Shown: piece after piece, positions 35,219 through 47,452 of the stretch | Position numbering within the stretch: position 1 is the first letter of the stretch | Layout: the number at the start of each line of letters is the position of its first letter | From: Blasia pusilla | Taxonomy: Eukaryota | Direction of reading: 5' to 3' | DNA: 64,000 nt | Assembly (NCBI GenBank): GCA_050084515.1 | Contig: CM114271.1 | Span: 496,001 to 560,000 of the forward strand | Made by a program: the position numbers and the translations under genes | The notes under the pieces: generated by a model | What the model was told of the DNA's origin: nothing | The model's input: the letters and a program-made list of their open reading frames with translations, nothing else | Databases searched by the model: none

Positions 35219-38200
35219 TTACATAGGCATGGCATGTCGGGCCGCCGGAACGTCGAGCAACGGAACGCCGGTGACAGTAATTTCTTGCCTGGGAAGGTGG
35301 AAACCGATGCCCAGATCTTCCAACTGCGTCTTCATATGCAAGATCATATTGCTCCGCCTCTGCCATCGCTCACCAGATTCCTGCGCGACGACACGACACG
35401 GCGCGGAGTTCCAAACAGCTGTGTGAACTCCTGAAGCGTTTGCGAAGTTGGACCGAATGCAGAAAGACGGACATGAGAAACTCTTCCCGAATTCAAAAGG
35501 CGATGACGATTTAGTGTTTGGGATCGGTGTCGGTCAGTTCGAGACCGACACTGATTAGGGCAAGGTTTGGGGTTGTTGTTAAGAGTGCAGGGCTTGCGGC
35601 TATGATCGGCCGATTCCCATGGCCCTCAGGCACTTCCGAAATCGGATTGGTGGCTGTGGAAATTCATGACGATCTTGTACACTTCTACTGAAGAAACTCG
35701 CATGGTCTCTTGAGGTGAGCGGGGAGGGACGCCATCACTGAACTGATTTTGTAGCTTATGAATTAGGGTGAAGTCCATTGGAGTCAATTTACGCCTCCTT
35801 CTTTTCCCATGCAGCAACGTCCACTTTCATCCCCGATTGCAGGTGCTCTGCCCTATTTAGGTTTAGAGATAAATGGCAGCTATGAACCTAATGGTAAAAG
35901 GCAACCATTACCGGCTGCTTTTATTGACTTCGAAATCGCTTGAGAGCTGAATTTCGAATGAGATATTAGCTTCCAAAGGTCTTCGCTGAATTGATGCCCT
36001 AGTTTAAAGGATGTAACTATGAAGAAACTGAAGCTGGGGAAATTGGAGTAAAAACGTTTCTTCTGGATTCTCAAGGTCTCCAAGTTCTATTATTCGCTCC
36101 CACTGCAAAGCCCCAAATGGATTTGGGGTTCTATCCTTGTTCAACCTCTTGACATGCCATCCAAAAGCATGTTACTCCCCTTCATTTTCACCTTTTAGTC
36201 AAAGTCACATTGATTTGACCTCCTTAAACCGAGGATTCAAACTAGTTTGTAAGAGTTTAGAAGATGAGGTCGTAGATAAGACGAGAGACTAACTACATGC
36301 AATTCTTCTTCCACCAATATCCTCTCAACATGTTGTGGAAGCCATGAGGAACGAAACTTGATTTGGTATGTATGCTACAATGGACTGTATAATCCCTTAG
36401 AAGGAGATGAAAAGGGAGAGCAAGTTGGCACAATCCTCTTGCTACTGCCAAATTCCTAAAACCCATCGTTCACTCATTCTCAACCTGATCCTAAGGTCAA
36501 TCAGAAAACCATCCAAAAGCCACATGTCCTTTCAATACACAATATCTTTTTCACCCTGCATTACACGGGTGAAAAAATCGTATGGGAAACAGGCACCCTT
36601 AGTTCTTTTTGTTAGTTATTAATTTTTCTTGTACACATGTAAGTACGCGAAGGCTGTAGAAAGCCCACGTGTCGACACCAGGGGAGGGGTTCCTCAAACC
36701 CATCCTCTTTTAATTAGATAGATGAGCTATGCCCATCTTATGGGCATAGCTCATCTATCTAATTAAAAGCATCTCTATGAATGAGCTATGCCCATAAGAT
36801 GGGCATGACTCATTCGGAGTACAAGGAGGAGTTCTCATAGGAAACATCTCGGCCACACCCGGCTCGGCATCATCCCGTCACCCGGGTGCATGCAACACCA
36901 TCATCGCTTGCGCCCATTCCCCATGACCTCATCTCCCCCTCACGGATGGGAACGGAGAAAAGGGGAGGTTCATCTCCTCTTTCATACGAAAAAAAGAAGA
37001 GAGTGAAATATCAAGTCAAAAAGCAGGTCCTACCTCCTTTCCCCCACAACCAGCATTTTCTCCTATGTCACTTCAACCCCAAACCTGGATCCCTCGGTTT
37101 AGGGCAGACCTGATAGTTGAGATGATGTTGGACCCACAGTGCCATCTTCATCCGCGTGCTGTCTTCGATGTCCTTGCACACAATCCGGAACACTGGGTAC
37201 CAGAACTGCGGCAGACCTTCAATATACTTCGTCATGCGTTCTTTGAGCAGCCCCAGCAGCTCAACGGGAGTGCCCGCGTGGATCTGGAACTCTATCGAGT
37301 CCCATTGGTCCGGACTGCGATAGTAGTTGGAAATCGCCTTCGTCGCCAAAATGGAGTTTGGGTAGTAAATCTTCTCATTGGATCCGCTGCAAAACATCAC
37401 GAATCATGGAGTGCGTGAGTCGTTGCAGTTCAGTGTTGGATCGGACCCTAAACCTCAATCAATAGAACATCATTATATTTTGATTGGAACATGCACCTGT
37501 TTTAGTTGCTCTAGTTTTTGACGAGTACTTTCGGGACACATAGAAGTCGGTGAGGAGAGTGACATTGGGGATCATTGGAACCATCGATTAATAAATAGCA
37601 TCAGAAGAGGCGAATTACCTGGTGACATGGTGAAAAAACTTGGGAGATGACTTTTTTATTTGTTGAGAAATACAAATGGGCTTGTATTTCTAATTCTGCT
37701 TAAGAAATCTCCTCTACCCTCTCTATTACATATGTGAACCCATGGGTTTGTATAAAAATCTCCTAGGAGAAGTCTCTAGTACTATTCTCCATGAAATTAT
37801 ATTCCCACTAATTTACATAATTAAAAGAGCATGGGTTTGAGGAAATCTCACCTATCCTCACGTTAATTAAGGAAAGATAATAAAAAAATTAAAATGTGGA
37901 CAAATACTATTAAAAAATATTCTTGTTTCCTCCTATAAAACATAATAATTATTTACTACGTTTACATGGGTTTTTTTTTTTCGACTGTCTTTATCTAACC
38001 TAACCTATCCAGTTTAATAACTAATTCTTTCTCAACTTCCCCAAGGCCGCACAACTTCCCCCTTCCCAAGGCCGCACACTGGTTTTTTTTTAAAGCTACA
38101 TATGTGACTTCTTATTAATATTCTTCCCCAAACAAAGGATGCTTTGGGCCCGTCCTAGATCTCCCTGACACCGTGGAGAACACGCTATAATCGCAACGGC

Positions 38201-41200
38201 TTTCTAAATTCTATTTGATGGTTCTTCCTTTATTTCTGACCCATAACAAACCTTTCCCCCGTACTCCATCATGCAAACGGTTGGTCAAATGTGCATGCGG
38301 TGAGTTCTTCTAGATAATCTATAATTTAATCGGTCTACGTTAATTGGATCGATTCTTCCTCCTTATTTAGGGTTTCATCTTTGAACGGTGGCCTCACCAA
38401 CAATAAAGTACACACCCTTCAGGGTGGGTGTGATAAGAGGGAGGAAATAGTCCACCTAGTAAAGGATCATGTCTAGAATCATCTTCGCTATATCTTTTCT
38501 TCACAATTACGTTCTGTCTTGTCTCCTTTATTTTTTGCTTGCGATTTACTTCATCTTGTCTTGGAGTCGGTGTTTCCTTGGGAAATGGGGGACGTTTTCT
38601 TAATAGATTTAAAAAAAAGGGTTCTCTCCATAATTCTGTTGAGTCGTAAAGAAATTGAGGGCACAAGGACGAGTGAGAAACCCGAGAAATGACACACCTG
38701 AGAAAAATGGTGTTGAGGATATTCATTTCCTGCATCCATTACCACCAAACCACCGAATCCCAATGAATCATGGCCACTTTGATCCCCTCTTTGAAAACAA
38801 CCACCGAAAAAGAAAATGGCATACACTTGCGCATGATAACCTTCATCACGAGAAGAAATCCCACAACACGTCCTCATACAAATTCAAATTTGATCAAAGC
38901 TTCAGAAATAGGGACGTTAGGAAACGAGTTGAATTAGAAACTCTGATGGCTGGCTGGCTGTCTGCTTTAACAGTTATCCAGTTATTGATCTTCTCTCTTG
39001 AAATCTTCACAATTGCTATCGGTACCGTGTGCAAATGACAGGAAGGACATCAACTGCACCACTTAATTGAAACACAGCAGAAACAGAGTTTGATAGGAAT
39101 TGGAATTCTTTGGAGAGGGGAGGGGAGGGGAGGGTTGGTGTTCGCACAGACCTCGACAATCATGGGCTGGCCATCAACACAAATGCGGTCACCGACATCG
39201 AAAGGGTGCATCACAAAAAGAAAGATGAGCGATTCGAATGTGCTGCGCGCCGCATTACCAAACACAAATACAGATGGAAGCACCACGGAGGAGAAAGCTA
39301 CCAGCAGCTTCTGCGTGTTCACCCCCATTATAAGAAAGCAAATCGTAATAGCAATTCCAACCAGCAACTGTCAAAACCCACGGCGATGGATCTTTGGGTG
39401 AGTTTCAATAAGTAAACCTAAGAATCAACCCTCCTTCTCAACCTCATGACCAATCTCTCTGGCAGCAAATGGATACAGAAATCCTAAACTGGCAAAACCC
39501 ACAGCTATGGATCTTAGGATCTTGGGGTGAGTTTCAATAAGTAAACTAAGAACTTGTGCTATTTCTTGTTTCAGCCAAGAACATGTACTAACCTTCCTTA
39601 GAATCAACTTTCTTTCTCAACCACATGACTAATTTCTCTAGCAGCAATCGGATATCAGAATCCCTATTTGGCAAAACCCACAGTCATGGATCTTGGGGTG
39701 AGTAATAACATGAGCTATTTTCTGTTCAGCTAAAAGCATCTACTAACCCACTTAAAGAATCGGCTCTGATTTTCAACCTCATGACTAATTTCTTACTGTA
39801 TTGCAGCGAATGGTCACTGCAGATGGATGACGAAAACCCTGAACTCTCATGGATTTTGGGGTTGAGTTTCAAAGAGTAACGTAAGCACTAGTGGCTATTT
39901 TCAGTTGCAGCTGAAAACAACGTTCTAAACTACATCAGAATCAAGTCGAATTCTCAACCTCATGACTCATCTCCTACTCTATGGCAGCAAACGGCCGCTG
40001 CAGACGCATGACAAAAGCCCAAAACTCCCATGGATCTCGGGGTGAGTTTCAATGGGTAACGTAAGCACGATTTTCTGTTGCACCTGAAAACATGTAGTTA
40101 CTTAATTACTTAAGAATCACCTCTATCCTTCCACTTCTTATTCCGAATAGAATAAGAGATTGAAATCGGTCACCGCAATGGATACTAACAAGGAGCTGAA
40201 TGTGGAACTATCTCAGGAATGCAGGCGCTTTCGAAGGATCGTGATCCAGCCATACATACCACGTCAAGGACGCGATGAAGCTTAGCGACAACAGTGCGAT
40301 TGTCACTGAGAGTGAGCGCAAGAGCTCGACGCTCCTTGTAAATATTCACAACCCATTTCATCAAAGCCTTCTTGGTGATATGTCCTGCGTCGTTCACTTC
40401 GAACAGCCCAAACGCTCGCGTCGCTTGGTCCTCCGGCAGAAAATAGAGGAAATCATTCAACGTCAAAAATTTCTCCCCTGGCCTTGCGATGTTATAAAAT
40501 ATCTGCACATCCAATTCCAAGTAATGCGCTTTTATCAGCTGTTCTATCAATTCCATCCCCACATGGATGTTTATCAGCTGCTCTTTCAACTCCTTTCCCA
40601 CTTTGCATTCCTCAGCTGCTAATTTCGTTGCTTTCATTCCCTGCATACATTTTTATCAGCTGCTCTTTCAACTTGTCATTTCTCAGCTGCATTTCAAACT
40701 TTGCATTTTTATCAGCTGCTCCATTCCCACTTTGCATTTCTCAGCTGCAAATTTCGTTGCTGAGAAATGGATAATCATACAATGCGTGCGTTGCGTTTCG
40801 AAAGAATTTCGAAGTCCTCTATTAAATTTCCAATTAAGAAACTTTTTCTTCATTGTTCAAGAAGCGGAAAAAAAAATTAGAAAAAGGAGAATTGAATTTA
40901 GGAACTTGGGAATAATTAATTAATTTACAAACTTTAAAAGATAGAAGTTGTCATTAAGGTAATTTGTAAGAAAGCTTTCATGAAAAAACTAACATGACAG
41001 ATCTTTAAAATAGACATTGAGCATCCAAAAGCATTGCATTCCTTAATACCTAACAAAAACAATAATATAGATGAGTGTCCTACAAGGAACAACCACTATT
41101 CATAGAATCTTGTTTACCCATCATTATGTGAACCCAACCACACTAAAGGAGACATGGTCCAAAATTCTAATTGGACTTCTATCTAACTCTTCACCTTCTA

Positions 41201-44200
41201 GACTTTCGTGAAGGAGCAAGCGTTAGAGGGATTTTTAGAATGGAATTATGAAATTCCATAAAATATCACTCCGACACCAATGATGGCTTGTTATTACTTT
41301 TGTTGTAAAAATTGATCCTGAAAGTAGTGATATGTTTTAAAAGAAACGTTCCAATAAAATAAATTTTCACAGGGAAAAAAGAGAAATTTTTCCAAAAGAA
41401 CCTTTCAAGGAGAAACTCAATATCACCAACTCATAATTACACCATAATAAAATGTGCACATGCCCAAAATAAGTGGAGGTTTGTAGCTTTAGAATGCCCT
41501 AAATGCAAAGAATTCTAGATTTTGAACTCTTGAAAAGGCGATCCAAAGCAAACATTAATCATTTAGGAGGAACCAACCTGCTTGGCTGCAGATTTCGCTT
41601 GGGCCTCGCTGTCGATCATTTCTCCTGCTTCTCGGTCTAACATTGATGAGAAAGTTGCGATATTTGTTTTCCGAATGAGCTTCATCAACCTCTTCAGCGT
41701 CCATGCTGAAACGGTCTGAAACGGCAATGTTCAGGAGTAACATTCTCATTCCATTCTTGAGAGTGAAACACAAAGTCGGGACAAAAGATGATGGGAGCAA
41801 TTTTGCTCGCATTTCTTGAAAGAATTTGCTACTCACGTCTTTATGCCATCACCGTTCCTTTCATTATTGTGCACACTTTTTTTACTTACCTTTCAACTTT
41901 GTTCTTCATAGTAAGCTCTATGTCATTCCTAAGCTTTTCTTGCAATCTTTCTTAAAACCACTTATATCTGCCAGCCTTAAAGTCGGAAGGAATTTGAGTG
42001 CTGGAATCTTTCCATTGAGCTCTCAAGAAGTGATATCTAATTTTATTATTCTTTCTTTCTTTCAGTGTAGAATTATATGTTTCTTTGAGCTCTTGCCTTT
42101 TGTTTCCTTTCACTATATACTTTTTCCGTGTAAAAGCTGGTTCATAAAGGCGAGTCCGAAAGGATGTTGGGTGGAGTCTACCATGTGAGTCCATAACAAG
42201 TGATCTAGAGTTCTATTATTCTTTTTCATTTATTTCTATTATTCTTAAACCACTTCATTTGTTTTCCTTTCACTGTCTGCTTTTCCCATGTTAGAGCAGT
42301 TTAAGAAAGGAGTCGAAAGGGCGTCCAAGGAAGTTGTTAGTCCGTTCACAAGAATGAATAAAAATTCTTCTGGAAGACGACTAGAAGACATGAATTGGGG
42401 GGCTATGGGAAAACCCTACACTTTGAGGAGGGGAGCATTGGAGGAAATATAATGAAGGCGAATGGGATGGACGTTCGAACGTAATCTAATTGGGTTGGGA
42501 CTTTCCTGGCAAGACAAGTTAAAACTATCCTTAAAATTTTCCCTTTTGGGTAGGTTAGTTTATGCCTTCCCCAAAGCCCCTTTGCCTCTCCCACCTAGGT
42601 GCAGATTGTTCCCACTCTAAAGCTAAAGCTAAGTGCCATAAATCCCAGAGGCCAAAGGAAACAATGGTTGTGTAAGTAGTAAGATAGTTGAAATAGGAGA
42701 ATCTGATTCTCAACAAGTCCATGTCCCAAATCTAAAGATGAAAGACACATGATAAGATGCACTTCATGTCATAAATCCAAACAAAAGATAAGAGCGCGTA
42801 CTTTTATTTGGGGATATGGTGAGAATGACAACGCTCTCGTCCACTATGGAGCTGAATTCCCGAATGTGCGACTCTGAAAAGTGGAACAGAAAGAGTGAGG
42901 GATGAGGGATGAGGGAGGGAGGGAGGGTGATAGAGCAGCTCTCCGCACCTCTGAAGTCAACTCCTGCAGCTTCTCCTGCTCGATCGGCGATGAGCTCCTC
43001 GCGATCATGGGGACGGGCTCGCCGTAGGCCTGCACACTACAGCGCCTGAGCCTGGGTGATACCAGAGATGAAGCTTGGGCGTGAGGCGCTCCGTGATGGA
43101 CCCCCAAATTGGTCCTACTCGCCGAAGCACCCGCTGCCTGTCTCTGCATGAGATTGCTTCGACTAGGCGACGCGATCCCCAGGTTGCTTCTGCTTGGGGT
43201 AGATGGCAGGTTTGGATTCGTGATGTGAGCTGAGGTGGTGGTGGTGGTGGTGGTGGTGGTTTGATTGCTTTCTCCAGGTGGTCCTCTTTTCTCGATGCGG
43301 TCTGCTGGCTGCTGTTCGGGAGATCGCTGGGGATCCGAGATGGGAACTGGGAGAGAGGAGGGCTGCGCTCCTGCGGGTTTCGCCGAGGGCAATTGGTGCA
43401 CATCCGGAGAGGAGTTGGGAGGCTGCGAGCGTCCGGAGTCGGACTGGAAATCGAAAGCGTCTGAGCGCGGCGCGGAGAGTGTTTCCAAAACGTATTGATG
43501 AAAGAGGCAGTCCTGTACCCTATCGAAGTATGCGGCACGGTGGAAGCTGTTGGCTGCCACCTTCACGGCAAGAATCTTCAGCATCCACAAACAGGACGAG
43601 GTGAAGAGGCACCATAACACCTGAGCCAAGCAAGCCAAGATAGTAGACTCAATTGAGATGTGGTTGCGGCAAAGATTTGATAGATATAGTTCTGCTTTCA
43701 ACGTTGTGAGCGGATTCGAGGCTCATGAACTGGCAGATAAGTTTGCTCTCTTGATGAAGTTTAAACATTGAGGCTAATGAACAATGGAAGAATCTGCACA
43801 CATGACGAGACCCGGAGCAACCCATTCTTCAAGGTGGAGAGAGGAGGGAGTGTGTTCCTACTTTGGTGACGATTGGAACGTTATTTTTTTCTTCAATATT
43901 TCTGAATACCAGCTTCCACACACCTATGACGAGCGCCAACCATATGCAGTTCTTCACCGCATGTCTCAGCCCGTACACGAAGTAAAGCACGCGTTTCTTC
44001 AGAATGTAGTGACGCTCTATTAAGGCCACCAGGATCTTCAACAAAATAGCACAATTTTCGTTCAGCAAACCTCCTCTTCGATCGATTCTCATTGCCTGCG
44101 TTTGATCGTACTGATCTACAGTAAACCCTCCCTCACTTCCACGCTCACGCTCCTTTATGACGACGTCACATGAAAGACACATCTACAATTTCCGTGACGG

Positions 44201-46086
44201 TTGTTGCCATTCTGAAAAGGGAGAGACAGAGTCCTATCAATCTGACCACAACATCTTATCATGAGGAACGAGGAGGACAGAAAGGAAAAGGAGGCCATCT
44301 CCGAGTTCGTAAAGGTGCTCATCCGCCGGACATTGGGAACGTGCAAACCCTTTGATAGCTGCACAAGATGCAAGAAGGGAATATGGGAGTGGTGGATCGA
44401 TTCAATTGTGGGGAAAGGGCACTGCAGGAGAGTGGAGAGCCTGTGGAATTCGTTTGAGGGAGAGGTGAGAGTGTTGAGTGACTCGTGACTCCTTACCATG
44501 ACGCACCAACTAGCAATGAGACGGCCGGAGACGATGACGATCCCCAGAGCTAGCCATTGCCACAGCGCGATCTCTTTCCAAACTACCATGTGCAGAGCGT
44601 GCAATTTGACCGCAAGAATGAGGATGATGATCAAGACGAAGAGGCCGATCCACTGAATCAGTTGGAGCCACCTGCGCGGCTTCTTCTTGGACCTTTTGTA
44701 CTTCGGTATCGAGTCGTCGTCCAGAGGATCGACCTCCTCCTCAGCGGCGTGCGGCTGAGCCAGGTTCGCTTTTGATTTGGACAGCAATCCCAACCTCGAG
44801 GGCGAAAACATCCCCAAATTCGATGGCGAGAACATGGCCAAGCGTGACGTGACCGCCGCCGGAGCAGCACCTGCGGCCGTGCTGGCGGGAGCATCTGTGG
44901 CGCTGAGGCTCACGGATTTGCGACTCGGCAGCGGGCCTAATCTGGGAATCTGCGCCTGATCTGGGTCATCCTTGATAGTGATGGAGAACCTGCGGCCGGT
45001 CACTGGCCCAAATCTTGCGTACTGTTGCCCATCATCATCACCCACAGGTTGATGCACCAGGGAGTTTCGCCTGCTGCGACTTCCGGGCTCGGACCAGATG
45101 CTGGCGAGCTGATCGGATACTGCGGGCGTCATGGGCGGAGGATCTTGCAGACGAGTTTTGAGGCGGCCGAATGTTGGCCGCGGGGGTTTTCTTCTAGAGG
45201 TCAGGAGCGGAAGCTCACCCACTACGCTGTCTAGAGGGGAAGCTTCTTGATCGTCCTCCGGTGGGCCTGGGGGTTCGGGTATGTCATCCGGTGAAGGTGG
45301 CAAAGTCAGATCGCTGAGGTGCGCAAGTCTAGACCTGACATCATTCATGTGAGGTACAAAAGGTGCGGAGGGGGAAGTCGGGCCCGTCGGGAGATCGTTT
45401 ACTACTCTTATCGGATGCGGATCAGGTGCGCTTGTGCTCTCCGGCTCCGCTTCAGGAATTGAAACCAGCGTATCGAACTTGAAGCTGTCATCCGCTTCGT
45501 ACTCCCAACTGCTGCGATGCGGTTTAGGGTCGAGGGATTGAGATTGAGATTCCGCCATAGAAGATTCAAGATCTTCTGTGGAAGACGACGGTAATGGTAG
45601 AAAATCATCCGCCTTGTAATCCCAGCTGTCGCGGGCCCCGGATGGGTGTCTGGCTGCGTCCGGAGGCTCCATGGGAACCTCAGGATCTGCAGACGACGAT
45701 GGCGGGCTGGTGTAGTCGGGTGCTGCTGTAGTGGACGGGCCTGCCTCGATGTCTGGCTTTCCCTCCGGAGACGGACGAGATTTGAGTTCGGCGTTAGATT
45801 GAGCCTCAATGTCCGCTTCCAAGCCACCCTGCCCTTCCTCTTCCTCCGGTACTTCTTTCGTCGATGAAAGAACGGGCTTGTAGGATTCTTGTGCGCTCGT
45901 GGATGCGATGGCGCCACTCGTTGCACGCTGGCTCTCGATATCATCCTCCGATGTCCGGGCGGCTTCCTGCTTCCGCGATGAAGTAAACTGCTCTGAACCT
46001 TCCCCATGGTGGTCCTCATCGTCGAGGATGGGATCCGTCAACGCATCTGAAATCATCCCACGTCCTTGCGAGTTCAATTTCTCCAT
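35219..46086 (-). CDS. MSL: MscS-like mechanosensitive ion channel (MSL, group II / MSL4-10-like), 9 exons, ~1167 aa
   Basis: GT-AG exons in frame: 46086-44497, 44035-43862, 43620-42949, 41715-41578, 40502-40260, 39367-39152, 38729-38698, 37386-37110, 35380-35219. Hallmark motifs: KRVLYFVYGL, FHRAAYFDRVQDCLFHQYVLETLS, VSAWTLKRLM, ERRALALTLSD, FVFGN...IFLFVMHPFDVGDR, VEEMNILNTIFL, YPNSILATKAISNYYRSP. Confidence 0.95.
36707..36815. repeat. Perfect 30-bp palindrome (3-nt loop) plus adjacent inverted partial copy, in MSL intron 8
   Basis: cttttaattagatagatgagctatgcccat-ctt-atgggcatagctcatctatctaattaaaag (36707-36769), then gaatgagctatgcccat-aag-atgggcatgactcattc (36779-36815). Confidence 0.9.
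39368..40130. repeat. Tandem array (~5 units, 120-185 bp) in MSL intron 5
   Basis: Recurring caaaaccc...atggat...gggtgagtttcaa...agaatca...ctcaacctcatgac units start near 39372, 39493, 39672, 39833 and 40012. Confidence 0.8.
40528..40762. repeat. Short tandem repeats (ttttatcagctgc / ctttgcatt) at the 3' end of MSL intron 4
   Basis: About 4 copies of tttatcagctg(c/t)tc and several tcagctgc units. These explain the spurious N-terminal extension of ORF 40185-40646. Confidence 0.75.
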
Positions 46087-46120
46087 AGCATTTGCTGGTC
46101 ATTTGTGAGACCTGAACGCA

Positions 46121-46161
<41 letters not shown>
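46121..46161. repeat. (TC)n microsatellite just upstream of the MSL ATG
   Basis: About 20 TC units, read directly. Confidence 0.9.
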
Positions 46162-46163
<2 letters not shown>

Positions 46164-47414
46164 GTGATGTCTGTGTGTGTGTTTGTGCACGCGAGCGGTG
46201 AAAGGCATACGGAGAATTTCCAAAGCCGTGGAGGTGGCAAAGCGGTCTAATAGACCTCCAGGAGAAAAAGAAAGTTCTCGTTCATTCATTGATTCGCCTC
46301 TCCTCGACTCTCTAAAACCTCTGAAGTAATTTGTAGCATGGCCCTTAGGATTCCCTTGACATGAAAACGATCCTACGTAAATCCATATGTGAGTATGACG
46401 CGGAACACATGACTTCGAGATCTGCTCATTCGTCCTTCATAGACACTAAACGACACTTCCTTCAAGCCTTCCTAATGCAATATCGAATGGAAGATTGGGA
46501 TACGAGTCACACCATCACTCTGGACCTAAGCAAGCAGGCGGTCATGCTCATCGGCAACCAAACAGAACATCTTAGCTTTTTGTAGTTCTTGATGGGGCAC
46601 CTGGATTCTTACTCATCTCTCACGTCCTTCAAAGTAGAGCACAAGTTTTACGTCCACGGGGAGATCGCCTTGCGCACCCATGTCGCAAGTTGAAACCTTG
46701 CAACACTAAGGAGAAAATACTTGAGATGCCGGCTTCGAAGGTAGGGAAATAGATTTCTGGGCGGGGCAGATCATCCTCATCATTTCCAAATTCGCCTTTC
46801 TCAGTCAGGAGAGACGAAAATCGGCATTGCCTGATAGGACAAGAGAATTTGCAGAGAAGAGCTTCGCACCGTAGTGGAAGAAGAAGATTTTTTCTACGAC
46901 GTTGGCTTTATTGCTCTGCGTGCTGAACAGCGGGTTTGCGCCATCAATTCTTAGATGAAAGACGATAGTGTCTGGATTTCTGTTGCAGATACCGATGCGT
47001 CAGGTCCAGTCAAATTCACGTCCACATTTGAGAAGAGGAACAAATCAAAATTCGGAAAAGAACTATATCTGCATTAGTGGTTATCACCCTTTCCAGTAAA
47101 GGCGAACATCAGGACGTGCACTAGGTCGTTCAAGGGCTTCTGAGAGGATGGTGGAGCGTCGCGACCTAATGGCGGAGCGAGAGGGAGACAATGTGATCTG
47201 TGATCGTCACAAAGACTACACGAAATCAGGACATAAAGAATTTGAGAGGATAGTGGAACGCAAACGGAGCTGATTCGCTTGTTATTGACTTGTCCAAGAA
47301 ACAAGGCAAACTTCCGCGGACGGAGCAGCACGGCAACTAATTGCGCGAAGGAGGCTCAGGCAGTCGGTCAAGCAAATTACCGTATCCTTGCTTTATGACC
47401 TCTCCCTCTCTCCA

Positions 47415-47452
<38 letters not shown>

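Noticed and set aside
40503-40646. N-terminal part of ORF 40185-40646 as MSL coding sequence
   Set aside because: It is an intronic tandem repeat. A clean tgcag acceptor at 40503 joins exon 4 in frame (AAKQ|IFYNIA).
44155-44496. C-terminal tail of the 643-aa ORF
   Set aside because: Read-through into intron 1 after the GTAAGG donor at 44496.
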